From Cyanophora paradoxa CCMP329 (Eukaryota > Plantae > Glaucophyta), in contig QPMI01000076.1 of the NCBI GenBank assembly GCA_004431415.1, forward strand, positions 1-49,792: DNA of 49,792 nucleotides, read 5' to 3'. Positions 32,801 to 45,100 of the stretch are shown piece after piece. The notes under the pieces were generated by a model. It made no database searches, was not told where the DNA came from, and was given only the letters and a program-made list of their open reading frames with translations. The stretch's first letter is position 1. The number at the start of each line of letters is the position of its first letter. The position numbers and the translations under genes were made by a program.

Positions 32801-34842
32801 CGGACGGGGGCGGCCCCACCGGGGCCGTTGTACGCCTGCGCACCCAAGTCGGGCTCGAGTGAGTACTGCATTGCTAGTGCGGCTGGATATGTTCATAAGG
32901 ACTCGGAAGCTTAAGGCGACTACGGCCGCGCACCACGTGCCCGCCGCCGAGGATGACGACGCGGTCGAAGAGCAGGTAGCTCTCTGGAAGGCGAGCGGCG
33001 TCAGAAGCTTAAGCAGGCTTCGACGGTCGAGATCGAGATCGGTGTCGAGGGAAGAGATCACCCATGGAGGGCTGCAGCAGGCTCATGCAGACGATGTGGC
33101 CCGAGTCGGCGAGGGCGCGGGTGCACTTGCACAGCTGCGGGTGGGCGGGAGGGCGGTGGCGTCGGTGTACGCACACGCGCGTGGCGGATACGGAGCCTGG
33201 CGCTTACATCGAGGGTGGACGAGGCATCGAGGCCGGTAGAGGGCTCGTCTGAGGGCGAAGAGCGGTTGGATGGGAGCAAGCGCGGGCACGGGGCGGGCAG
33301 GGGCGCCGGGCCGGGGCGCGAGAGGCTCAAGAACCGAACCGCACCCATGAGGAGCACCGGGGGACCGACGACGCCTTCAACGGCAATGCTGACGCGCCTT
33401 CGGTGCGGTGCAGAACGCAGATCAGGTGGAATGCAGGTACAGCGGCGGGAAGGACAGCGTGGTCGAATCGGACCTTCTTTCGCCACCGGAGACGCCCCGA
33501 ATCGACGCGGACCCGATGATGGTGTCCTTCACGTGGAAGAGGTTCATGATCTTCAGGCAGGTCTGCACATGCACGCAGGGCGATCAAGCTTAAGGGACGG
33601 ATATATACGAGGTGCAGCGGGCCGGGGGGGCGGCAGCATCTGCCCCAGCTAGCCCACCTCGACGCGCTGCTCGACTTGCTCGGCGGTGAATGTGCTCGGC
33701 AGGCGGCACCGCGCCGAGAACATGACGCTGCGATCGGGAAACCCGGAGGTCAGCTGCAGCTCGGCGTCGATGGCGCCCGGCGACCCCGAAAACGAATCAA
33801 ATTTAAAGGGCTCACGTCTCTTTGACCGTGAGCATCGCTGCGCTCGAGGGCCAAGTCGGCGTCAGCGATGGCACGGGCGAGCCAGCGAGGCCGCGCGCGC
33901 GCTGCTCTGGCGCACGGAAGTGGAGGTCGTCCTGCTCGACCAACGCGCTCTGGCGCTTCCACCGCGCCTCCTCCAGCTGGACGCCTGCGCGATGCATTTC
34001 CGAAAGCTCACGACTCGCCGCAATATGCGGATCGGAGCGCGTGTGTGCTTGCGCACCGTTGAAGAGAATGTCCCCGCTGACGCGGAGGCCGAGTGCCTTT
34101 GCATTCCCGGCGAGCGTTTGCAGGAGAGACGATTTGCCGGCACCTGCGCACGCGTTGACTTTAGCGTTTATATGCATTGCCCGCCTCAAGTTTAGGCAGC
34201 TGCAGGCTAGGCGCACCGGGAACCCCGAGTATAAGGACCAGATTCCCGCTCTGCGCATGCGTAAGCGGATCCCCGCCCTCACTGAGTCAGTCAAGCTTGA
34301 AGCGCTCAAATTGGAATCGGATAACCCTCCACACACCGTAAGGCCTGCCGTGAAGTGCCGCACGATGTGTTGACGGACCTTCTTGGTCCGGGTGAAGCAC
34401 CTGCGCGAAGAGCTCAACTTGGCAATGCACATCGCGAATTCAAAAAAGATGGCTATCTGAAGACATCGCAAATTAAACAGTGTCGCACTCTCCGATGCGA
34501 GGAAGCTTCTGCCCAGCAACGGCCGGAGCGTCAATGTTGAGGTCGCCTGCGGAAAACGAGCAACGGTCAACGGTCATGAGTCATGGCATGCGCATAATGA
34601 GCGTGCGGCTGTGCAAAGCCTGGCAATATAACATCCTAGTCGTTGTCAGTTCGAAGCGCGAGCTCACGAATGGTGAGGGCGACGTCGCCTGCTGGGGCTG
34701 TTCCGAGCTTGTGCTCGCCGAGGTACTGGATGACCAGCGAGTTGGCCCGCGCCCGCCCCGCTGCCGCCGCCGCCCCGGTTTTCGCCGGGTCCAAAAGCAC
34801 GCCCGGGGTCGACACGAGGTCGACGTGGACGTCGTTCTCCAT
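23821..34842 (-). CDS. Full-size ABCG / PDR-type ABC transporter (NBD-TMD-NBD-TMD), many exons
   Basis: NBD1: GVPG|AGKS, GVSGGE, LLMDEPSTGLD. TMD1: QERAVYYRQERAGYY, FCGFLVPRDAIPRPWIW. NBD2: MGPSGGGKTTLMDVLA, ELRKRTTIAIEM, DEPTSGLD, VICTIHQP. Last exon VRHIKR* at 23841-23821. Confidence 0.93.
27569..27636. repeat. Intronic minisatellite, 4 x 17 bp (TTATAGCTAGAGCGCAC)
   Basis: Head-to-tail copies with no spacers; the first copy has two substitutions. Confidence 0.9.
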
Positions 34843-36210
34843 GCCTCCGAAGCCCTCTAGCTGTAGGAATCACTTTCTACGAAATTCGATCGAAGCCTCA
34901 CTGATGCGTCGGCTACCAGCTAAGGTGCCACGGTGACCTGGCTGGCAGTACCCGGGTCGCAGATCTAGACGTTGGACAACAATGATATCGATTATATGTA
35001 TGATTACAACCAGTTGTGCTGCTGCTGTTCCTACCGTAGTAGTACAATGGCTTTAAGTTGCGACTGGCAGGCAGTGGCAGCAATAGTAGCTGCAATACTA
35101 GGGCGCGGCACTGCGCGCGTGCGTTAAGCTCTCAGCAGCCACCTATACCGTGCGCGCCGCTTCTTACCGTGGTGTGCGCGTATACGTATATGTCACAGTG
35201 TAGCTTTCGCTATAGCTATAGCTAGCCCGCGCGCGCACGCATGCGCAATCTGGCGGGCAAGCTACGTCTAGTAGTACGCCCAGATTGAAGTTAGGCTGGC
35301 TGCCAGCACGTGTGCTCCGCGCCAGCCTGGCAGCTGATGCTGCTGATCTAGATCTAGACCTGCTGGACTGCTCTGCGGCTTGCCTCTGGAATCCTGGACG
35401 TGCTAGTACTACGGTAGCTGGTGCACAGCTGCAGCCGACGCACTGGAGCAAGCCTTTTGAAGAGGAGCGCATGCGGGGGTGTTGGCACCGTACGGCGTAC
35501 GCGCGTGTTGCCGCAGGGCGCCGCCGCCGCCGCGTCGCCTGACGCAGTCGCCGAACGGAGCGCTTCGGCGCCTTACCGGCCCTTACGCAGCTGAATTTCG
35601 CAGTTACGCTTCGATCGGCGCCACCAACGCCGCTGGATCATTTTCCGTGGAAATTCCCGACGAAATTGCGCAGCTGACACTTGCAGCTGGGGGGGAAGAG
35701 AGAAGGGGGGATGAGACGGGAACGAATTCGAACCGGCGCGTCCGGGTACCGGTGTCTATTGCTGTTGGCGGCAGCCAGGCCTGCGCAGCGCTAGCAGCTG
35801 CAGCTGCAGCCTACAGTGCCTCAGCACTAGTACTGGCCGGCGCGCGCGTTCTCCAATTCCCTCGTCCCTGCCGCTCGTCCCGGCCGCGGGCGCCCGACCT
35901 GCAGCCACTGGCGCGCGCGCTCAGCTGCAGCTTCCCCTTCGAATTCAGGCTTCGCCGCCCCGCCGCTCGTCCCGGGCCGGCGCCGGGCGCGCGCCTGCAA
36001 TTGAGTGGGCGCCTCGCGTCGAGTCGTTCCGCGCGCGTCGTTAACGTTCCGCGCGCGTCGTTCTCGAGCCGCCGGCGCCGCGCCGGACCACGGACGGCGC
36101 GTCTGCGATCGCGAGCGCGAGCGCTCCATCGTACGTGGCCGAGCCCCACGAGGACTTGGCCGCGCGCGCCCTGGCCATGCATATGGGCCCCGCCGCCTGC
36201 CCCCGGCAGC

Positions 36211-36263
36211 AAGGTCGCTCACACGCCCTACAAACAAGGTCGCTCGCATGCCCTACAAACAAG
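36211..36263. repeat. 25-bp tandem duplication just downstream of the B-box gene stop
   Basis: AAGGTCGCTCACACGCCCTACAAAC / AAGGTCGCTCGCATGCCCTACAAAC. Confidence 0.85.
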
Positions 36264-36289
36264 CGCAGGCCGGCCCGGCGGTCCTCGCG

Positions 36290-38580
36290 CTACTTCCTGC
36301 TGACGACCTTCTCGAGCATGACGAGGCGGTTGCTGGGGATCACGAAGGTGGGACCCTGGCTGATCGCCACGAAGATGAGCCCCGTCGACGTCAGCGGGTG
36401 GTTGTACACGACGTGCGCGCTGCCCGCCGCGGCCCGACTCAGCGAGGAGGGGGCGGGGAGGGGCGGGGCCGGGGCCGGGGCACCTGTAAACGTCGGCCTT
36501 CGGGAGGCGGGCGAGGAGGCGCCGGACGGCGGCCTTGCTGGGCGGGGCGCTGCCCGGGATGTGCGGGCCCCGCGCCTCGGGCCCCGCCGAGCTCGCGTCG
36601 TCCTCGCCCTCCCCGTCGCTCTCCGCGCCGGCCCGCGCCCGCGCCACCGAGTCGCGCAGGCGCGCCCCCGTCGCCGAGGAGGAGCGGGCGAGGGCCGAGA
36701 CGGGACGCGCCCCGCCGGCCGTCTGCGGCCGTGGCGCCTGCGCGAGGAGCGGCGTCGCGTTCTTTGAGTGGAGCTCGTACGTGCCCCGCTCCAGGAAGTA
36801 GTACGAGCCTGCGCGGGGCGGGGCGGGGCCGGGCCCGGGTCAGAGCCGGGCGGCGCCCCCGTCTGCCGCCTTCGCACCATCTTCAGTGAAGCCGAGTGAG
36901 AAGTGCCGCACGCCCGTCGCGCTCCGCCAGTTCCCAGCGATGCGGTTGCCCGCGCTGTCCGCGTTGTTCCGCTGCGCAGCCGCACGCGCCAGTCAGCCGC
37001 CGGGCCCGAGCCCAGGCTCGGACCCCCCGCCCCGCCCTTCGTTCGCACCTCGATCTCGCGGCGAAGCAGCCGGTTCTCGATCTGGAGCATCCGGTTCCGC
37101 TTGAGGAGCACGCGCGGGTCGGCGTGGCCCTGCTCCTCCTCGCTCGGCTCCTCGACCCGCAGCTCGGCCAGGCGCGCCTTCAGGAGCTCGCGCTGCTGCT
37201 CGGCCGCCCCGAGGCGCCGCCGCAGCTCCTCGCCCTCCTGCTCCAGACGGATGTTCTCCGCGCTCAGCTTGTTGTACTCCTGCTGCAGCTTTGCTGAGGA
37301 GGAGGAGGTGGCGGGGGGCGGCGAGGCGGAGCGGAGGGGCCGAGGGCCGGGTCCCAGGCCCAGGGCCGGCGTGGAGGCGACGGAGGCGACGGAGCTGGGG
37401 CGCGCGAGCGGCCGCGCCGGCGTGGCGGCCGGCGCCGAGGCCGGCGAGCCCGGCGCGATGGTCGAGGGCGCCGTCGAGGGCGCCGGCGAGGGCGCCTCAA
37501 AGGCCGGCGGCGACGGGCCCGGCGAGCCGTAGCGGTGGTTGTGCGGCGCCCGCTGCGGCGAGGACGCCGCCGCCTGCGCGTGCGCGCCGGGCGCCCCCGG
37601 CGAGCGGAAGTCCGAGAGGGGGTACGCCTCCACCTCGAACGCTGCGCGGGGGTATCAGGATATGCATGCGCGGGACGGGAAACGGGACGGGACAGGGGCG
37701 CACGGGAGCGGAGCGGGGCGACGGCCTCCTGTAGGGCGGCGGCGCGGGGCGGGGCGGAGGGTCCCGTGGCGGCGGCGGCGGCGGCGGAGGCGGCGGCGGC
37801 GGCGCGGCCGGCGGCGACGGCGCGCTGGGCGGCGGCCTCGGCGGAGGCGGCGACCTGCTGCGCGGCCTCGGCCAGAGGCTCCCGGGAGCGGACGAGGCCG
37901 GCGGGCCGGCGGCCTCCAGGAGGCGGCGGAGGGCGCCCGTGGCGTCCGAGACGGCCGCGAGGCGCGCCTCGGCCTCGCCGCGGGCGCGCTGGAGCGCGGC
38001 GAGCGCCTCGAACTCGGCGCGGGTGACGTCCTCGAAGGCGCGCGCGCGCCACGCGGCGACGGCGGCGAGCGCCTGCTCGGCCGCCTGCAGGACGACGGCG
38101 CGCTGGGAGCCGAAGTGCGCGCGGCACGCCGACTCGTGGTCGGCCGCCTCGGCGACCTGCGAGCGCAGCTGACGCTCCCGCGCCTCGGCCTGCGCCAGGC
38201 TCGCCTCGGCGCCGGCCCGCGCCGCCTCGTACTCCTCCCCCAGCTCCCGCAGCGGCTCGTGGCCTCTGTGCGCCCCGACCGCCGCGCACATCGCGCACAC
38301 GACCTGCCGCTCCGCATCAGTGGGCGATCCCTCCGAAACCGCGGCGGTGCTCGCTCGCCTCGTTGCACTTGACGCAGACGAGGGTCAGGAGCTCGGACGG
38401 GTGCTTCCGGCAGCAGCTCTCCCCGACGGCGGCGCCCTTCCGGATCGTGTGGCCGGCGAATGCCCGCTTGCTGTGCCTTGCCTGCGAGCATGTCTCGCAG
38501 TAGCTCATGCGGCATTGCAGACAATGGACGCTGGCCGCCGCCCGCTCGCATTCCGCGCACTGGTGCTCAGCCGAGTCCAT
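36290..38580 (-). CDS. Double B-box zinc finger + coiled-coil protein (RING-less TRIM-like), spliced
   Basis: CAECERAAASVHCLQCRMSYCETCSQARH...H and CRKHPSELLTLVCVKCNE|VVCAMCAAVGAHRGH, then coiled coil, Pro/Ala-rich linker, second coiled coil, ending MLEKVVSRK*. Confidence 0.85.
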
Positions 38581-39134
38581 GCTACCGCCGCTCTATGGCC
38601 AACTCGACGTGAGGCCAAACGCAAGGCCTAGGCCTCGGATGCTGGATGCTGGCTGGGGCCGCGGTGCCGTTGCGACCAATTAGGCTTAGCTAGACGGCGC
38701 AGGGCAGGCGGGGGAGCCGGGCCACCGCTGCAACAACGCTGCGGCTGCTCCGCCGAGGCGTGCCGCCAGTGTGGCAGCTCCCGGAAGCGTCGCCCTCAGT
38801 CTGCCAAGATAGACCCTGACCGCAGGCCCGGGCTTGAACGAGTCTTGAAGAGCTCCCGGTCACAGTGCAATCCCGCCGGGCCGTAATTCGCCACGCTGCT
38901 GCAAAGCCTGCAACCTAAACTGCAAAACTCACGTACCCCAGTGCAAAAAAAGGAAAGTTGCTCCGCAGGCTCGCAGCCTTCGGCGCCCTCCGCTCGACAA
39001 GCGCTATGCGTCAGCGTGGCAGATGAACCCTTGAACGCAGCGAGAGCGATCGTAGCGATCTTGGAGTCTTCAGCCTAGCGGCCCTCTCGGGCCTGCTCTA
39101 CTCATCTACTATAGCTTAGCGTCATCAGTCAAGC

Positions 39135-42100
39135 ATGCCGGCCCGCATCAACAGGACGGTTCTCGACACGGGCGATGGGAGGGCCCACGTCGTCAACCGG
39201 CGGTACAGCAGGGCACAGTCGGACGGGAAAGGCTCCAGCCATGCAGCTTCGGACAAGCAGAGCGTTGCTCGGTCGGACAGCCGGAAGTCCGACGGGCAGA
39301 GCTCGTACGCGAACCCGAGGAGGTAAGCGAGTTCCCCTACGCATACGCGGCCCGGCTGGCGCGGAGCTAAGGGCCCCCGGTGCGCAGGCAATCACAGATT
39401 ATCGATATGAGCACATACCAGATCAAGCTCGCGAAGTGGGAAGAGATGGTGCGCCGCGCGGCCGGCATGCTGCCCGGCAGAGCCCGTGACGTGCACCCGC
39501 GCGCAGGTCTTCGGCGTGCTGGTGTGGCCGATCGCTCCGCGCCTCGCTCTCGCTTGCCGCTGACCTGGCAGGCGCGCAGTACACCATGACGGAGCGAGGG
39601 AAGAGCACGCAGAGCATGTTCAACAACACGCTGAGTGCGCCCCGCCCCGCCCCGCTCTGCCGCCGCCCCGACGAACGAGCGCCGCCTTCTTTCCTTCGTT
39701 CGCAGTACCGTCCTTCTTCGCCATGGTCGACTACCTCCAGCTGCTCGCTCTGCTGATGGACGAGCACTCTGGGCTCGACCAGAGCGCCGTGAACTGGCTC
39801 TTCTCCGCCATCGACATCAGCGCGCTCTTCCTCTCCGGCGTCAAGGGCGTCTACGTCGCCTTCTTCTGGGCCGTCGTCGCCATGATCTTCGCCACGCTTT
39901 TCCTCACCGCCGCCGTCGCGTACATGTTCCTCACCAACCGCTTCCGCGCCGTGCGCCTGTACCCCCCTCCCCGGGGCGGCTCCTGTACCCCCCCTTACGC
40001 CCCTGTACCCCGCAGAAACCCATCCAGCTCCTCCAACTCCTCGTGAAGTTCCTCCTGACCGCCATGTGCGCCGCCGCGCTGTACCCCCCCGCCCCGCCCG
40101 CCCCGCCCCGCTCACGCCGCCGGTCCGGGCCCGCAGATACATCCCTACCATACGAGTGCTAGTGTAAGCTCGCTCCGCGGGGCGCCCCGTCGTTCCCCAA
40201 AGCTGCCGCTCGCTCACACAGCACCGCCCGCAGGAACCAGTTCCAGACGTGCCTGGAGACGGTCGGGGGCGGGGAGTTCATCGACGCGGACGAGGCGCGG
40301 GGCGCGGCGTGCCTGGTGTGGCCCTGGCACATCTACGCGGGCGTCGCCGGCCTCTGCTTCGCCATCTTCATCCCCTTCGCCTTCGTCGTGGGCCTCCTGT
40401 GCGCCCGCCCGCCCGCTCCCGCCTCCTGCGCACCCTAACTCTAACCGGGGGCGGCGTGCAGGTACCACCCGTCGAGCCCGACGGGCTTCGAGATCGACCG
40501 GCGGCCCAACGGGCGCTACGACCTGCTCTACCTCGCCGTCCGAACGGTGCGCTTGTACCCCCCCCCCCCCCGCGCCCTCCACCCCACTCCTCACTCCTCC
40601 CCGCCCCTCAGATGGAGGTGCTGATCCGGTACCTCCCCATCAAGTCCGACATCGCGATCAACCTCCTGGAGCTGGGCTTCCTCTCCTCCCTCGCCTGGTA
40701 CGCCATCATCGTCCAGGTCAGTCACTCGGTTCAGTTCAGTTCACACGGCTCCGAGTCTGTCTGTCTATCCGTCTGCCAGCTAGCTAGCTTTGAGTGCTGA
40801 GCCCTCTTTCGCTTTCGCGCGCAGCCGTACTTCGCCCCCGTCTTCAACCGAATGGTGCGCTGCTCGGTTTCGCGCCCTCTCCGCCCCCCTCCCGCATCCC
40901 CGCCCCTTCCCCCATCTCCCCCCCTCTCCCTCGCCCCCTCCCTCCCATCCCCTCCTCGCCCCGGCTTTGCTGACGCCTCCTCCTCCTCCTCCTCCTCCAC
41001 CGCGGCCCCCGCAGAGGGGCGGCATGTTCTTCTCGGCTTCCTTCGTGGCCATCGGGTCGATCATGCTGCAGCTTACGGGCATCCAGGTCCGCCCGCCCGC
41101 CCGGCTTCCCCGCCCGCGCTGGCTGGCTAGCGCTTCGTAGGCCGCTCACTGCCCATTTGTCAGGGGACGCGCCTGCACCTGATCCTCTCGCTCGGCTGGC
41201 TCATCTTGGCGTTCCCCATGTTCGCCCTCGGCTGGTACATCACCAAGTGGCGCTACCAGGTCCGCTGTCCGCCCCCTAAGCTTGGAGTCGAGACGGACAA
41301 GGCAGCGCCTTGGCTCCGTGTCTTCCTCTAACTTTTGGTTCCAGCGCCTCATGCGCTTCGGGGCGATTCTGGAGGAGGACTCGGTGCTCAGCCCCGACGA
41401 GGAGGAGGCGGAGGCGGAGGACAAAGCGCGCCGCGAGAAGGCCGAGCGCGAGGTGGCGGCGGCCCGCGCCGCCGAGGCCGGCGGCGGCGGCGGCGACGCC
41501 GGCGCCGGTGTGGCGGAGGGCCTCGTGGTCGAGGAGCAGGGGTCGCGGCCGAGCGGCGGGTCCACGCGGCGCGTGGCGATGGACCCCATCGCGCTCCTCG
41601 GGAAGCGCCCCTTCTTCCTCAAGTCGGATGTCGAGGTGGGCCCTTTTTATCTCTTCGGATCCTAACGTTCTAACTAAATCTAACCTTCTTTTTGTTAGGT
41701 TGCGACGCGGTTCCTGAAGCAGAACGCGGAGGCGGAGCAAGTGGGCAAGGCGGAGGCCATCTACAACCTGGGGCGCCGCCAGGTCCGCTTTATGTACCCC
41801 TCGGGGGCGCCTCGGCCTCGGCCCAACCGACCCGGGGCGCCGGCCGGCAGTACCCCAAGAGCGCCTACCTCCAGCTCGGCTACGCCATCTTCGTCGCCAG
41901 CTACAAGCGCGACACCCTCGGCGTCCGTCCTTTGCTTGGCATTGCTTTTGAGGGCGCTTCGGGCGATTGATGGATCGAATTCTTTCTTTTTCGGCGCAGG
42001 CAATCGTGGAGATGAAGCGGGCGTGGGCCAAGGGCCCCTCCTTCGACGTCCGATTCCGCCTGACGGCCATTCGGCGGACCTGGGAGCAGGAGAACCAGGC

Positions 42101-45100
42101 CGCGAACATGGGCCAGGAGGGAAACTTCGTCTCCGTGATCGAGGCGCGCGAGCGAGCGAAACTTCGCGAAACTTCGCGCCCCGCTTCCACCTCGACTGAA
42201 GCACTAACTGTCCGGCGGCGCGGCGCAGTTCAAGCGGCTGTACGAGCAGGCGAAGCTGCACCACGGGAAGGCGCTCAAGCTCCTCCAGTCTTTCTGGAAG
42301 GTCCGCTGTTAGGATCCAATCCGAATAGTAGCATAACATAGCATGAATCTAACGGAATCTTATCAACAGGCCATGTCCAAGCGCGACCTGTCGCTCTCGG
42401 GGGCGCTGGACGACGTGCCGTCCCGCCTCGGCGCCATCGACGACGCGAAGCGGCTCTCCGGGATCACGTACGACACCCTCCTCCACAAGGCGAGCGGGCT
42501 TGTTATTATTATTATTATGCTGAGTCTTCTTGGTAGAAACAGCTAATTATAACCTTGTTTGCGCCCCGGCAGTTCTCCAACTCGAAAGTGCTGCTGCGCT
42601 CGTACGGCGCGTTCCTGGCCGACGTCGCCAACGACCCGGACGGCGCCGCCGTGCAGTACGCCCGCGCCGACGAAATCGAGGAGCTGGAGCTCCGTCGGCG
42701 CGGCGACGACGGGACGGACCACGGCGGCACGGACCGCGGGAGCGAGAAGGGGCCGAGCGAGAAGAGCCCGGAGGACGGGGAGCAGCAGGAGCAGCAGCAG
42801 GCGGCGCTCGAGGGCGCCGGCAAGAACAACAAGAAGCTCAAGCACATATCCCTCCGCCAGCTCCGCTTCACCGCCGACGAGGGCGCGCCCGCCCCCTCAC
42901 CTGAGCCTGAGCTAGCTCAGCTCGCCCTCGGCTCACCTGAATTGTGCGCAGAGGTGGTCGTGAAGCGCATGTGGCGGGGAACGATCCTCGCCCTCATCCT
43001 CCTGGCCGCCCTCGTGCGCCCCTCCCCGCCCCGCCCCCCCCCCCCCCCCCCCCCCCGCCCGGAACCAAGCCGAGCCGAGCCGCCCGGCGCCCCTCCTCCG
43101 ACCCGCAGGCGGCCGCCTCGTACGCGGTGACGGCGACGCTCTTCAGCGAGTTTGAAAAGTCGGTGTACCGTGCCCAGGTACTTAAATATCTAACGAGATA
43201 CCTGTTTGGAATCCTCCCCCTGCTAAGTCCGGTGTGCGTGTGTGTGTGCGCAGGCGGCCTCGGACCAGCGGCGCGTGGCTGTGATGGCGGCGCTGGACAT
43301 GCGGACGCTGCAGCAGGAGGCGATGCTGGGCAACAAGGCCGAGGTCGCGTCGATGGCGAAGGAGCTGGAGAAGCACACCGACGACTTCGAGCGGCAGCAC
43401 GCCGGGCTCTTCTTCGGGCGCGCGCGCCCGAATGGAATGATAAAAATCTAACAGGCTCTAATTGGCTCTATGTTAATTGAACGCCCCCTCCGGCCGCAGC
43501 TTCTCGTCGCCGACGGTGCCGCCGAGCTCGGACAGCGCGATCCGGCGGCTCTGGAAGGAGGAGAGCACGGGGGTGCGGACCTTCATTGCCGGGACAAGCC
43601 CCTACACCTCGATCGCCCAGATGACCCTTTTCGGTGCGTGTGCTCGTGCGGGCGGCGGCCGCCGCCGCCACCGCCCTGCTGGGCGCTCGCGGCCCGGGCC
43701 CCCGGCGACCCTTCTTCTTCTTCTCATGAGTTTAACGAGTCTACTACTAATAATAATAAGAGCCCTCTATCGGGGCCCGCGGCCCTGTCCGTGGCTGACC
43801 TGACGTGGCAGACATCGGGACGGTGTTCGTGGCGCGGATGCGGCGCGTGACGAAGACGCCGCTCGAGACGCTCGCCCGGCCTGACGCCGTCGCCGTCGAC
43901 CCCGACTTCCGGTGCCCTTATGACCATAATAACAACACATAACATCGCTGAGTCATGTAATATAGAATAAGACAATCGCGACGGCCCTTATAATAATAAT
44001 AATAATAACATTGCCGTCGCCGTTGTCTTGTTGTTATTCTTATTCTTCTCTGCAGCTTCGTGTACGACAACTCGCCCTTCACGATCCTAGACCTCCTCAA
44101 GCGCCTCTGCGGGCTCTACCAGGAGGAGGTACCCCCATCCCATCCCCCCCCCCCTGCACCTCTCCTCCGCCCCGCTGAGGCGGCCTGCTCGCCCTTCCTT
44201 GCGCCCTTCCTCCTCATCAGATCGTGAGCGCGACGACGCTGCGGAAGCTGGTGACTGCAGCGCTGCTGGCGGTGACCCTCGCCTCCCTTCTCGCCGTCGT
44301 CTTCGCCGTCTTCCGCCCCGCCCTCAACAAGGCCCGCCCGCCTTCCTCTCTTTCCCCTTCTCTTGCTCAGTTTCTCCTTTCTGTTCCCTGCGCGCAGATC
44401 CGGCACACGAACCACGGCGTCTCGGACGTGCTCAACGCCATACCCCGGGGAAGTGCGCCCTTCCCTTCCCTTCCCGCCCGCCCATCTCCTCTCCTGTCCG
44501 CGCCCCAGCTTTGCGTTGCGTTGCGTAACGACGGTTGCGCCTTCGTTCCGCAGCGATCAAACAGATCGCGAAGTGGTACGCGGCGCGCAAGAGTCTGGAC
44601 GAGCAGGGGGGCTCCTCCGAGGACGGCCGCTCGGTGCCCGCCTCCCTCCCTCCCTTCCTTCCTTCCTCCCCTCCTGCGCCGTCGCGGGCCGACGGCATGC
44701 GCCACTCATGCTCTGCACAGGACCGGGATGAGTGGGGCGAGGAAGACGAGGAGTCGCCGGGGCCGGAGGGGGACGAGGGTGAGGAGGAGTACTACGACGA
44801 CGAGGAGGAGGAGGGCGGGACGGAGTACGAGACGGACCTACCCGAGCGCGACTTCGACGTGCGTGCTCTGTGCTCTGTGCTGGAAAGGCCCGAGAAGTTA
44901 GGGATCTGGGATTCTAAGAGGATAAGTCATAGATTACGGGCTACCCATCTATCTTACTCTAAGCGGATTCGAAGGGGTTCCTTCTTCCTCGCGGGGCTCA
45001 CTCGGCTCTGACTCGGCGCGCAGCTCTCCGAGTCGGAAGAGGGGAGCGTCGCCTCGGGCCGCCGCGCGCGGCGCCGCAGGGACGGCGACGAGGACGACGA